Below are positions 18,338 through 28,178 of a DNA stretch of 64,000 bases, piece by piece; the first letter of the stretch is position 1, and every line of letters begins with the position of its first letter. The notes beneath the pieces were generated by a model. It was not told where the DNA came from. It saw only the letters and a list, made by a program, of their open reading frames with translations, and searched no databases. The DNA is from Minisyncoccota bacterium (GTDB taxonomy: Bacteria > Patescibacteriota > Minisyncoccia > UBA9983), in NCBI GenBank assembly GCA_041648395.1, contig JBAZPC010000003.1, forward strand, positions 12,801-76,800. The letters are read 5' to 3'. The position numbers and the translations under genes are program-made.

Positions 18338-18733
18338 ATGTTCGGTTTAAGTGACGAAATCAGAGAACTTGAGGCAAATGCATGTCGCAAGGAACGTGTT
18401 TCTTGCGCTGATTGCGGTTATAGTTTTTGGTCTTGTTATGCTATAGGAAATTTTTGTCCTAATTGTAAATCTACCAATTTTAAATCTGTTCCATGGTGGT
18501 ATGGGAGAGATATACCGTCTTCAATCCATGGTAAAAAATTAGCAGATGGCAGAAAAGTCGTGCCAAAGTTTTTTGTGGAAGTTAGGGCAAATATCCACCC
18601 CGTAAATGGAGGCGACCCATTCCTTTCATGGTTGGAAGCAGAAAAATGGTTTAAGGACCATGGATGGGAAATAATGGGCGATGCTGAGTGGTACGCCCAT
18701 AAATATTACAGGAATAGTTTTTTTGAGAAATAA
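18338..18733 (+). CDS. orphan protein with Zn-ribbon (CxxC...CxxC)
   Basis: SD AAGGAGG before ATG 18338; CADC...CPNC. Confidence 0.7.
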   Translation: MFGLSDEIRELEANACRKERVSCADCGYSFWSCYAIGNFCPNCKSTNFKSVPWWYGRDIPSSIHGKKLADGRKVVPKFFVEVRANIHPVNGGDPFLSWLEAEKWFKDHGWEIMGDAEWYAHKYYRNSFFEK

Positions 18734-18743
18734 AATAATAATT

Positions 18744-18779
18744 GTCCGCAGTGAAAAAATATACACTGCGGACTTTTTA
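18744..18779 (+). terminator. intrinsic terminator
   Basis: GTCCGCAGTG/CACTGCGGAC followed by T-run. Confidence 0.75.
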
Positions 18780-18790
18780 TTTGCTCAAAA

Positions 18791-18826
18791 TGTTGCAAAA
18801 ATCTGCTATCGCCTAAAATAGTAACA
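18791..18826 (+). repeat. 36-bp stem-loop motif (other copies 37669-37704 minus, 43014-43049 plus)
   Basis: Conserved interior AAAAwTmTGCTATCGCykAAAA with complementary ends. Confidence 0.65.
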
Positions 18827-18906
18827 CTTTATAAAATTTAAAATTGGGCAAACTTGCAAAAATTTTGCGGAGGTGGTAGGAATTAAGACAGAAAAATTTA
18901 CATGTA

Positions 18907-18984
18907 GCTAGGGAAGCTCAAGTGGCAAGAGCGCCAGACTCTAAATCTGGAGGTTGGCGGTTCAAATCCGCCCCCTGGCAGCCA
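18907..18984 (+). tRNA. tRNA with CTA anticodon (amber suppressor-type)
   Basis: GCTAGGG/CCCTGGC acceptor, GCTC/GAGC D stem, CCAGA-CTCTAAA-TCTGG, GGCGG-TTCAAAT-CCGCC, 3' AGCCA. Confidence 0.8.
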
Positions 18985-19057
18985 TGCAAATAAAGGGCGG
19001 TTGAAATACACCGCCTTTTTGTTTGCTCAAAACAGGTGGATTTGGTATTATAAAATT

Positions 19058-20332
19058 ATGTTAGACATCAAATTTATCAGGGAACATTTGGATTTAGTAA
19101 AAGAGGCCGCGAGGAAAAAGCGCATTGATTTTGATGTGGATAAACTTATTGAAGTTGACGACAGGCGTTTGAAGCTTTTAAAAGAAGTTGAAGAAATGAG
19201 AGCTAGGCAAAACACGGCGAGCGATAAAATAGCGCAGATGTCGGGCGATGAAAGGCAGGATGCTATTAATGAAGTAAAAAAATTAAAAGAGGAATTAACA
19301 ACCAGCGAGGGCGCGCTGAAGATAATAGAAAAAGAATGGGAGGAAATGATGTTATTGGCGCCGAATGTGCCGGACCCCTCCGTGCCGGAAGGCGAGAGCG
19401 ACGCGGATAATGTTGAAGTGCGCAAGTGGGGCGAGCCGACAAAATTTGGCTCCCCGCCCAGGGATTTTGAACCGAAAGGCCATATTGAACTAATGGAAAA
19501 ATTAGGGCTTGTTGATTTGGAACGAGGCGCGAAGGTTGCCGGCTTCCGCGGATATTTTTTGAAAGGTGATGGCGCCATGCTCGCGTTTGCCGTTATGCAA
19601 TTCACTTTGGAAAAATTGGCGGAGCAGGGTTTTGAGCCGTTCATCGCGCCGTCGCTTGTGCGCGAAGATAGTTTTTTGGGAACGGGCTGGCTGCCGCAGG
19701 GAAAAGATGAAATTTATAAAACGCAAGACGATTTGTATTTGGCGGGAACAGCCGAAGTGCCGATGATGGGATTTCATAAAGATGAAATTTTACGCGAGGA
19801 GGATTTGCCAAAAACTTACGTCGCGTTTTCGCCGTGCTTCAGGCGGGAGGCGGGAAGCTACGGCAAGGACACGAAAGGAATTTATCGCTTGCACGAGTTT
19901 ATGAAAATTGAGCAGATTGTTTTGTGCGAGGCGGACCATCAGGAATCCGTGAAATGGCACGAGGAGATTACGCGCAATTCCGAGAATATCATGCAAGCGC
20001 TGAAAATTCCGTATCGCGTGGTGGTGAACTGCGGCGCCGACCTCGGTTTGGGGCAAGTGAAAAAATATGACATTGAGGCGTGGGTGCCGTCATGGAAGAG
20101 ATACGGCGAGACGCATTCGTCTTCTTATTTTCATGACTTTCAAACGAGGCGCCTGAATATCCGCTATAAAGACAAGGAGGGAAAAATTCGTTTCGCGCAT
20201 TCGCTAAACAACACTGCCATCGCCGTCCCGCGCATTTTAATTTCGCTTTTGGAAAACTATCAACAAAAAGACGGCACCGTCATCGTCCCTGAAGTTTTGA
20301 GAAAATATCTCGGCAAAGACATAATTTCGTAA
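19058..20332 (+). CDS. serS: seryl-tRNA synthetase
   Basis: MLDIKFIRE, GTAEVP, CFRREAGS, YDIEAW, LNNTAIA. Confidence 0.97.
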   Translation: MLDIKFIREHLDLVKEAARKKRIDFDVDKLIEVDDRRLKLLKEVEEMRARQNTASDKIAQMSGDERQDAINEVKKLKEELTTSEGALKIIEKEWEEMMLLAPNVPDPSVPEGESDADNVEVRKWGEPTKFGSPPRDFEPKGHIELMEKLGLVDLERGAKVAGFRGYFLKGDGAMLAFAVMQFTLEKLAEQGFEPFIAPSLVREDSFLGTGWLPQGKDEIYKTQDDLYLAGTAEVPMMGFHKDEILREEDLPKTYVAFSPCFRREAGSYGKDTKGIYRLHEFMKIEQIVLCEADHQESVKWHEEITRNSENIMQALKIPYRVVVNCGADLGLGQVKKYDIEAWVPSWKRYGETHSSSYFHDFQTRRLNIRYKDKEGKIRFAHSLNNTAIAVPRILISLLENYQQKDGTVIVPEVLRKYLGKDIIS

Positions 20333-20478
20333 AAAATCGCCAAAATTCTCTTTTTAAAATCTTACCACTAGCAAGCGATCGCTTGGGAACGGTAAGATTT
20401 TTATTTGACAAAATTTGCGGGTATGATACACTCATACCAGATTTAAAATTTGAACAAAAAAAGAAAGGAGGCAAAATA

Positions 20479-20673
20479 ATGAGAAAAAGAATTATTCTTT
20501 TTGAAGAAGAGGGGTGCAAATTTAAGGCATACTTAGAAAATATTGATACTCAGAAAGTTATAAGCAGAGAGGATGGGAAAACCAAACTTGAAGCGATAGG
20601 CATGCTTGTCGTAAAACATTATAAGGACTTCGGCTTGCATGAAGTTATCAAAATTGACCCTATTCTTGAATAG
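20479..20673 (+). CDS. orphan small protein
   Basis: SD AAAGGAGG before ATG 20479; terminator at 20684-20717. Confidence 0.6.
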   Translation: MRKRIILFEEEGCKFKAYLENIDTQKVISREDGKTKLEAIGMLVVKHYKDFGLHEVIKIDPILE

Positions 20674-20738
20674 TGTGTACAAGAGGCGGGGAGGATTAAT
20701 CAATACCCGCCTTTTTTATTTTTTGCTAGAATAAGTTT

Positions 20739-21530
20739 ATGCGGAAGGATATTTTGGAGTCATCCAGAAAAATGAGGCGGCAGAGGACGCTTAGAGGTTT
20801 TTCTGTTTTTGGCGCCGTTGTTTTGGTTTTAATTTTCGCTTTTGCCGGCTTGGCGCGAATTCCTTATTTTAAAATTAAAAAAGTGGCGATTGAAGGCAAC
20901 GCCACTTTAGGCAGCGAAGAATTGATGTCGGGTGTGCTCGGCGCCATGGCGGGAAATTATTTTTTCATTTTTCCAAAAAACAACATCTTACTTGCTTTAA
21001 GCGGAGAGATTGAGAAAAAAATAATAAATGAGTTTCCTCGTGTGAAATCAATTTCAATATCAAAAAACCTCCCCGACTCCCTTTCGACAAAAATAGAAGA
21101 GAGAAAATCAACAGCGCTTTTATGCAAAGACGCCGAATGCTATTTTTTGGACGAGAACGGCTTCGCTTTTGAAAAGTCGCCGTATTTTTCCGGCAATATT
21201 TTCATAAAATTTTCAGACGAAAGAGAATCCTCTACTTGGAAGTCCGGCTTCCAAGTGATTTCTGAAGAGCAATTCAAGGGGCTAATGGCGCTTATTGGTT
21301 CTGCTGCTAGAGAGGGCGTAATAGTGACAGATGTTATTTTAAAAAAAGAGGGGATTTATAATTTAAACACGCAAGAGGGGTGGCAGATTATTTTAAGCGA
21401 GAGAAACGACTTTAAAATCGCGACTGACAATTTTAAAATAACTTTGGATAACCAAATAAAAGACAAACGTTCAAAGCTCGAATACATTGATTTGCGCCTG
21501 GCGAACAAAGTTTTCTACAAATTTAAGTAA
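20739..21530 (+). CDS. FtsQ/DivIB-like POTRA cell division protein
   Basis: N-terminal TM, POTRA-like segment, C-terminal YIDLR. Confidence 0.75.
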   Translation: MRKDILESSRKMRRQRTLRGFSVFGAVVLVLIFAFAGLARIPYFKIKKVAIEGNATLGSEELMSGVLGAMAGNYFFIFPKNNILLALSGEIEKKIINEFPRVKSISISKNLPDSLSTKIEERKSTALLCKDAECYFLDENGFAFEKSPYFSGNIFIKFSDERESSTWKSGFQVISEEQFKGLMALIGSAAREGVIVTDVILKKEGIYNLNTQEGWQIILSERNDFKIATDNFKITLDNQIKDKRSKLEYIDLRLANKVFYKFK

Positions 21531-21531
21531 T

Positions 21532-23268
21532 CTAGAATTTATAAATAAATATTGACGAGCCTGCTCGAGCAACCGGTTCTTTTCCTTTCAGCCAGGAATA
21601 AGTGTCATCCGGTTTTATCGTGAATCCGCGCACAGGTTTTGCTATTGAGCCCTCGCGGGCGTTGGCGGATATGGCAAACCACGAGCCGGCGGACGGCTGA
21701 CCTTTTGATGACCACCAATCCTCATATTTGTCGCCGAAATAATATTTGCCGTCGCCGCCGCCGAAATAATGCAAATCAATTTTGTTGACGCTGTTCTCGT
21801 CCATCCAATCGCGCAGCCGCTTCATATCCTGTCCCCAGTCGTAATTTGAGTCGGTGGCGATTTTATAACCGTTGGCCGTACCGCCGGCAAGAATATTGTA
21901 ATAAGAAAGATAGTAAGGATAAGTGACGATTGTTGAAATAAACATAACGGCAAGCAAAATCCCCGTGAGTATGGTTTTGTTAAATTTGGCTATCACTAGC
22001 GCCACTAAAAAATAAGCGAAGGGCAGAATCGGCATAATGTGACGATGGCCGATATTTAAATTTCCGGTGATTGATTGGAAAACGTAGAAGGCGATAAAAA
22101 ATAAACTGGCGATGATGGTAAAATTATTCTTCATCCATTCGCGCGAAAAAGTTGAGCGCCCTCCTGCGCGGGCAAGAGAAATACTTTTTATGGCAAAGAA
22201 AATGGCGATAATAGTGAGAATATGAAAAATCAAACTTTCTTTGAATAGATAAAGGGTCGGGAAATACCATGGCGTCGCTTCGGAATAAACCGTTCCCATA
22301 AAATGCGAAGCGTTTCCTCCGCCCGCGCGTTGAACCACGGAAACGACGCCGAACAAATATTCAGCCAATGGTTTCAAAACATTCGTTCTTATCATCCACG
22401 CAAACGCAGGCATTGTTTTTCTGCCTAAATTGGAAGAGAGGGTGTCGCTTATGTCTTTTATTTGCAGGTCGCTCGGATAATTCCAGACGTGAAAAATATA
22501 AACAATATAAACAAGCGCCAAAGCAATCAATCCAATCATAATTATTTTCCAGAGTAAAGATAAAATTTTTCCCCTGTTAAGAATCCACCACAGCGCGACA
22601 AGGACAAAAAATATGGGCGCCAGGATGACGGTGGAAAATTTAAAAAGCAAGGCGACGCCCAAAAGCGCGCCGGCGATAAAAACATTTCTCCACGACTGAT
22701 TTTTTAAAAAAGCCAAAAAAGAGGCGATGGCGATAAAAAATCCGAAGGCCGCCGCCATGTCCGTGGTGACGTAGCGCGAGTGGGCGATGATGGTTGGTGA
22801 CATAGTGAAAAGGAAAAGTGTGAGAAAGCCAACTTTATCTCCGTAATTTTTTCGCGTCCAATAAAACAAAATCGCGCCGAACAAAACGGCAAGCAGTATC
22901 ATAGGCAGGCGGGCGAGACGGATTATTTTATCCGCGTCATTACCCGCTCGGTATAGAAAAATCTTTCCCATATCCCATTGGCGGCTAGAAATTTTTTCGC
23001 TCCAAGTCGGAATGTTTGTCGGAAAATTAAGATTTAAAAACATAAGCGGAAGAGCGGAAATGTCTTTCATTAACGGCGGGTGTTCAGGATTGAGGCGCAT
23101 ATCTTTCTGTGTCAGATAGGAATAGCCGGCGGGGATGTGCGCCACTTCGTCAAAAGTGGCAGTTTCGTCCCAAGCGGAAAGGAACGACAGCGCGAACATC
23201 AGCGCCAGCAGGCCGCCCGCGGCGATCCGCCAGCCGGCGGATACAAAATTGTTTTTTATTTTATCCAT
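21532..23268 (-). CDS. GT-C (ArnT/PMT-family) membrane glycosyltransferase
   Basis: TFDEVAH, NPEHPPL, multiple TM, DSNYDWGQD. Confidence 0.8.
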   Translation of the reverse strand: MDKIKNNFVSAGWRIAAGGLLALMFALSFLSAWDETATFDEVAHIPAGYSYLTQKDMRLNPEHPPLMKDISALPLMFLNLNFPTNIPTWSEKISSRQWDMGKIFLYRAGNDADKIIRLARLPMILLAVLFGAILFYWTRKNYGDKVGFLTLFLFTMSPTIIAHSRYVTTDMAAAFGFFIAIASFLAFLKNQSWRNVFIAGALLGVALLFKFSTVILAPIFFVLVALWWILNRGKILSLLWKIIMIGLIALALVYIVYIFHVWNYPSDLQIKDISDTLSSNLGRKTMPAFAWMIRTNVLKPLAEYLFGVVSVVQRAGGGNASHFMGTVYSEATPWYFPTLYLFKESLIFHILTIIAIFFAIKSISLARAGGRSTFSREWMKNNFTIIASLFFIAFYVFQSITGNLNIGHRHIMPILPFAYFLVALVIAKFNKTILTGILLAVMFISTIVTYPYYLSYYNILAGGTANGYKIATDSNYDWGQDMKRLRDWMDENSVNKIDLHYFGGGDGKYYFGDKYEDWWSSKGQPSAGSWFAISANAREGSIAKPVRGFTIKPDDTYSWLKGKEPVARAGSSIFIYKF

Positions 23269-24734
23269 ACTTTTATTACACCAGAAGGAACAAGCCCTTC
23301 ATCTTTTTTAAAAATATATTTGATATTTTTTTCTTTCTGATATTTTTCCAAATAAGTGTCGGTTAAAAACATAACCGTGTTGACCGACATTGGCATATTT
23401 TGATTTTCCGATTCCATGATAACGTATTTGGGCGTTTCTTTCGGCAGGGAATTAAGATAATTGGCCGTGTCGGCGGCATCTTTGGAAAAAGCGCTCGGGA
23501 CATTAGGGTTGTTTGCCCATTTTATAAAATATTGGTTGAATGTCTGAAGAGAAACAAGAGTGAATAAAATAATAACCAGAACTGCGGCCTTCTGGGGAAT
23601 TTTTTGAAGAACAGCATCAAGGCCGAGGGCGGCGAAAATCATAACGGCAGGAATAACAATAATGGCGCGCAGGGCATGCGGAATACCTTCGTTTGAAATC
23701 ATGACAGGAGCGAGGGCGAGAATAATCCATAAAACGAGTAACGCGTAACGGGGGACGAGGAATTTTTTAAAACTTATTACCAACCCTATTAAAAACAATG
23801 CCGCCACTGGCCACCAGAGTTCGGGCGCGCCGGCGAAGTTGTGCCGCCAGTTGAAATCGCCCGCCACAAAAAACATGCCAATAGTGAGGACGACATTTTT
23901 CCCAAGATCAAAGAGGGGAGTGGGGGAAGTGAAAACGGAAACCTGCGAAGTCCGGCCGAGGAACTCGCTGGGATGGACATAAAAGTAAACAGCCAGAGGC
24001 ATTACGGCGATAAAAATTCCCAGCAGAAAAATAAGTATCTCTTTAAAATATTTATCTTTTAATAAAATTATAAAAGCCGGAATCAAAAGAATTGGCATGA
24101 CGCGGTAGGCGATATAGGAATGGAAACCAAAGCCGAAAATGAGACCGGCGAAAAAAAGAGCGGCAGAGGAAATTATTTTTTTTCTGTGCAATTCCACGTG
24201 CTGTTGGGAGTGAAGCCGTTGGGCGAGAGAATCAGGAAATTCATCTTTATGGTCTTCTTTGGGAATGAGTCGCCAAAGCAGCCACAATCCCCAAACCAAA
24301 AAAAACGGCGCCATGATAGCGCGAAAACCGATGCGGGAAAAATTTATGTGCCAATAACTTGTCGCCAAAAAAAACGAAGCGAAGAGGGCGACGGACTCTT
24401 TTTTAAATAACCCTTTCGTTAAAAGATAAAGTCCGAGTATGGTAAAAATTCCAAACATCGCGCTCACGCCTCGCAACGCCCACGGCTTGTTGCCGAAAAT
24501 CTGCACGGACAGCGCCTGGATGTTTATGAACAATCCCTCGCGGCCGTTGTTTTCGGGATAAAAAACTTTGTAGTTTCCTGTGTCATTCGCTTCCAGGGTG
24601 TTTATGCCATTCACCGCCTCGTCCGAAAAAAGCCCCGGCGGGATGGTTGTTATCTGATAGAAGCGAAAAAACGCGGCAAGAGCCAAAATGGCGAACAAAA
24701 CAATCGTCCTATTTTTTCTCAACCATTCTTCCAT
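23256..24734 (-). CDS. GT-C (ArnT/PMT-family) membrane glycosyltransferase
   Basis: PPGLFSDEA, multiple TM; start set at MEEWLRKN. Confidence 0.8.
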   Translation of the reverse strand: MEEWLRKNRTIVLFAILALAAFFRFYQITTIPPGLFSDEAVNGINTLEANDTGNYKVFYPENNGREGLFINIQALSVQIFGNKPWALRGVSAMFGIFTILGLYLLTKGLFKKESVALFASFFLATSYWHINFSRIGFRAIMAPFFLVWGLWLLWRLIPKEDHKDEFPDSLAQRLHSQQHVELHRKKIISSAALFFAGLIFGFGFHSYIAYRVMPILLIPAFIILLKDKYFKEILIFLLGIFIAVMPLAVYFYVHPSEFLGRTSQVSVFTSPTPLFDLGKNVVLTIGMFFVAGDFNWRHNFAGAPELWWPVAALFLIGLVISFKKFLVPRYALLVLWIILALAPVMISNEGIPHALRAIIVIPAVMIFAALGLDAVLQKIPQKAAVLVIILFTLVSLQTFNQYFIKWANNPNVPSAFSKDAADTANYLNSLPKETPKYVIMESENQNMPMSVNTVMFLTDTYLEKYQKEKNIKYIFKKDEGLVPSGVIKVWIK

Positions 24735-24764
24735 TGATTTATATTTTATCGTATAATTAAAACA

Positions 24765-25130
24765 ATGGAAAGCGAAATTGAATATCTTAAACAAAGGATT
24801 GCGGAGCTGGAGAAGCAGGACGTTAATAAAGAAAAGCCGGAGATAATAAAAGAGGCGATTAATGAGCATGTTGAAAAACAGCCGAAGGAGTTTTCCGGCG
24901 CGGAGCAAAAATTTTCCCAGCAGGAAATACAAGCACGCTCTCAAAAAATAAGTGAGATGAAATCGGGGGAGGCGGGACACAATGACCAGGTGGCCGAACT
25001 TCTTCAAATCGCGCATGATAAGGGAATCCTGAACGCCGTTTCTGTAGTTAGGGCGACAGACGACCCGCACCTTGAAGACGAATTTCACGACGCGCTGGTA
25101 AAATATTTCCAAAACGTTAAAAATGTTTAG
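24765..25130 (+). CDS. hypothetical protein
   Basis: 121-aa ORF coupled to the next gene. Confidence 0.65.
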   Translation: MESEIEYLKQRIAELEKQDVNKEKPEIIKEAINEHVEKQPKEFSGAEQKFSQQEIQARSQKISEMKSGEAGHNDQVAELLQIAHDKGILNAVSVVRATDDPHLEDEFHDALVKYFQNVKNV

Positions 25131-27540
25131 CTCCCAAATTTCTTTTTATATTTTTCTCTTGCTGGTATTTTTTTTAGTTGTTGTTATTCCCGCGTGGCTT
25201 TTGGCGGGCTATTTTAAAAAGAAAAAAGATATCAGCAAGGCGCTCAATCTTGTTCTCTTTGAAATAACTTTTCCCCAAACCGGCGGATTGCAGGAAGGCG
25301 AAAAGAAAAATTTCAAAGAACTGGTGGCGGCGATGGAGCAATTCTACGCCGGCATGTCTGCCTTCGGCCATTATTTCGCGCTTGAAATCGGCTTGCCTTA
25401 TTTTGGCGACGAAATAGTTTTTTACGCCGCTGTGCCCAAAGACAAAAGCCAACTTTTTGAAAAACAGGTACAAGGGCTTTATCCATTAGCAAGAACGGAA
25501 ATTAAAAAAGACGATTACAATATTTTTAGACCCCAAGGATATTCGTTCGGTACAATTATCAAATTAAAACAGAACGCAATTTTGCCGATTAAGACCTACG
25601 ACAAATTTGAACTGGACCCTCTCCAAATTATCGTCAATGTTTTTTCCAAACTGCAGAAGGAGGGCGAGGGGGCGGCGTTGCAAATTATCGTTTCTCCGTC
25701 CGACGATTCCATTATTAAAAAAGCGAAAACGGCGGCGTCCAAAATGAAAAGCGGAAAAAGTTTCAGAGAGGCAAGCCACGACAAAGGCCTGATTGGCGAG
25801 ATGATAGGTGATTTAGAAGCGGCGTTTTTTGGCAGTCCGCACAACGAGAAAAAAAATAAAGAAGAACCGAAACCAGTGGACGACGAAATAGTGAAGCTCT
25901 TGGAAAGCAAGGCGTCAAAACAGGCGATGCCGGCGAACGTCCGCCTCGTCATTTCCGCCGAAGACAAATCCAAGGCGGAACTTATTTTATCGGAATTGGA
26001 AAGCGCGTTTTTGCAGTTCAATGAAACGCAAGGGAACAGCTTTTATTTCATCCGTCCGTCCGGCCGCCGGCTCAAAAATTTCTTTCATGATTTTTCTTTC
26101 AGGATTCCCCGAAAAGACGACGCCATTCTTTTAAACACAGCCGAGCTTACTTCGCTTTTTCATTTTCCATCCGACTTCACCTCCGCCGTCGCGCCCCAGC
26201 TGAAATATTCGCGGCTGAAAGAAGCGGCGCCGCCGTTGAATCTGCCGCAGTCAGGGCTTCTTCTCGGCAAAAGCGTTTTCAGGGGCGAAGAGAAAAATGT
26301 TTTTATAAATGAAGACGACAGGCGAAGGCATTTTTACATCATCGGCCAGACGGGCACAGGCAAGTCCGTTCTGCTTAAGAATATGATTGCCCAAGACATT
26401 GAAGCGGGACGCGGTGTTTGCTTCATTGACCCGCATGGCTCCGACCTTCAGGATATTCTCTCGCGCATACCAAAAGAACGCGTTGACGATTTGATTTATT
26501 TCAATCCCGGCGATGTCCAGCGCCCGATGGGACTCAATATGCTTGAATACGACCAGAATTATCCGGAACAAAAAACTTTTATTGTCAACGAACTGCTCGG
26601 CATCTTTAATAAACTTTTTGATATGAAGACCGCCGGCGGACCGATGTTTGAACAATATTTTAGAAATGCCGTAATGCTGGTGATGGACGACCCCGCCTCT
26701 GGCAACACGCTTTTTGAAGTGAGCAGAGTTTTGAGCGACAAGGCATTCCGCGAGCTTAAATTATCAAAATGTTCCAATCCGATTACCAAATCATTTTGGA
26801 AAGAAGTGGCGGAGAAGGCGGGCGGAGAGGCGTCGCTTGCCAACATGGTGCCTTACATCACCAGCAAGTTTGATAATTTTCTTTCCAACGACATCATGCG
26901 TCCGATAATCTCGCAGGAAAAATCGGCATTCAATTTCAGAAAAGCGATGGACGAAGGAAAAATTCTGCTGGTCAATCTTTCTAAAGGGCGGCTCGGCGAC
27001 CTCAACTCAAATCTTCTCGGGCTTATCATTGTCGGCAAACTTTTGATGGCGTCATTGTCGCGCGCGGATATGGCGGAGAGCGAACGCAAAGATTTTTATC
27101 TTTACATTGACGAATTCCAAAACGTGACGACCGATTCCATCGCCACCATTCTTTCCGAGGCGAGAAAATATAAATTGGATTTAACTATCGCGCATCAATA
27201 TATCGGCCAGCTGGAAGAGAGCATCAAGAAGGCGGTGTTCGGCAACGTTGGTTCTATGGCGGCGTTTAGAATTGGTGCGGAGGACGCGGAATTTTTGAAG
27301 AATCAATACGAACCGGTTTTCAATTCTCACGACCTCCTCAACATTGATAATTACAACGCCTACCTTAAGCTTTTGGTGGAGGGTCAGACGTCGCGGCCGT
27401 TCAACATCCAAACCGTTGCGTTTAAAAAAGGCAACCCCGAGCTTGGCAAAATGATGGCGCAATTGTCGTCATCGCGCTACGGCAGGACAAAAATGGAAGT
27501 GGAAGAGGAGATAAATAAAAGATATAATATTCAGACATGA
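25123..27540 (+). CDS. VirD4/TraG/HerA-FtsK-like ATPase (T4SS DNA-binding domain type)
   Basis: RRHFYIIGQTGTGKS, IDPHG, YIDEFQN, SEARKY, AHQY. Confidence 0.85.
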   Translation: MFSSQISFYIFLLLVFFLVVVIPAWLLAGYFKKKKDISKALNLVLFEITFPQTGGLQEGEKKNFKELVAAMEQFYAGMSAFGHYFALEIGLPYFGDEIVFYAAVPKDKSQLFEKQVQGLYPLARTEIKKDDYNIFRPQGYSFGTIIKLKQNAILPIKTYDKFELDPLQIIVNVFSKLQKEGEGAALQIIVSPSDDSIIKKAKTAASKMKSGKSFREASHDKGLIGEMIGDLEAAFFGSPHNEKKNKEEPKPVDDEIVKLLESKASKQAMPANVRLVISAEDKSKAELILSELESAFLQFNETQGNSFYFIRPSGRRLKNFFHDFSFRIPRKDDAILLNTAELTSLFHFPSDFTSAVAPQLKYSRLKEAAPPLNLPQSGLLLGKSVFRGEEKNVFINEDDRRRHFYIIGQTGTGKSVLLKNMIAQDIEAGRGVCFIDPHGSDLQDILSRIPKERVDDLIYFNPGDVQRPMGLNMLEYDQNYPEQKTFIVNELLGIFNKLFDMKTAGGPMFEQYFRNAVMLVMDDPASGNTLFEVSRVLSDKAFRELKLSKCSNPITKSFWKEVAEKAGGEASLANMVPYITSKFDNFLSNDIMRPIISQEKSAFNFRKAMDEGKILLVNLSKGRLGDLNSNLLGLIIVGKLLMASLSRADMAESERKDFYLYIDEFQNVTTDSIATILSEARKYKLDLTIAHQYIGQLEESIKKAVFGNVGSMAAFRIGAEDAEFLKNQYEPVFNSHDLLNIDNYNAYLKLLVEGQTSRPFNIQTVAFKKGNPELGKMMAQLSSSRYGRTKMEVEEEINKRYNIQT

Positions 27541-28172
27541 AGAAAAACGACTTAGTAATGGCTTTAGTTCTCGGCGAAGTTTGCGCTTGGTTGATGTTTT
27601 TAATAGGAAAGAATTTAGCATTGGAAAATCCGGCGATGGCGGTGGCTTTGCCGTATTTTAAGTATTTGCCGATTGTTTTTCCTGTTCTTTGCGCGCTTGG
27701 ATTGGCGGCAGCTTATTTCATCAGCAAAATAATCCCGATTGTTTATCAGCTCGGAAAATTTATTCTGGTAGGCGGAACGAATTTCCTCATTGATATGGGC
27801 GTGCTCAATTTTCTTATTTTTTACACCGGCATTTCCGCGGGCCTGCCGCAGTCGGGCTTCAAGGGAGTTTCTTTTTTGGTGGCCGTTTGGAATAGTTATT
27901 TTTTGAATAAATATTGGACATTCAAAAGGGAAACAACTGAAAGCGCGATGAAAGAATTTTCCCAATTTCTTATTGTCACACTCATCGGCTTTGCCATAAA
28001 TCTTGGCGTGGATTACGTTGCTGTTAATATGATAAACCCGCTGGGGGGAATGTTGCCGAAGACATGGGCGCAAGTGGGAGCGATAATTGCCGCCGTCACA
28101 GCGCTGGGATGGAACTTCCTTGGCTACAAATTTTTAGTTTTTGAAACGAAACCAAAAGAGGCGATAAAATAA
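27537..28172 (+). CDS. GtrA-family membrane protein
   Basis: KFILVGGTNFLID, NSYFLNKYWTF. Confidence 0.8.
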   Translation: MKKNDLVMALVLGEVCAWLMFLIGKNLALENPAMAVALPYFKYLPIVFPVLCALGLAAAYFISKIIPIVYQLGKFILVGGTNFLIDMGVLNFLIFYTGISAGLPQSGFKGVSFLVAVWNSYFLNKYWTFKRETTESAMKEFSQFLIVTLIGFAINLGVDYVAVNMINPLGGMLPKTWAQVGAIIAAVTALGWNFLGYKFLVFETKPKEAIK

Positions 28173-28178
28173 TTTTAA

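Noticed and set aside
18907-18984. tRNA-Pyl / pyrrolysine system
   Set aside because: Canonical D and T loops and a 5-bp anticodon stem do not fit tRNA-Pyl; no pyl genes are in the window
19448-19464. Possible element in serS (KF-GSPPR-DFEPK)
   Set aside because: Looks like a short insert, but the hairpin is only 4 bp and matches no family clearly
24735-25112. Long N-terminal extension of the 618-aa minus-strand ORF
   Set aside because: It is the antisense shadow of the 24765-25130 gene; the real start is probably 24734
25123-27540. Conjugative element suggested by the VirD4-like ATPase
   Set aside because: No relaxase, VirB4 or other T4SS genes nearby; embedded among housekeeping genes
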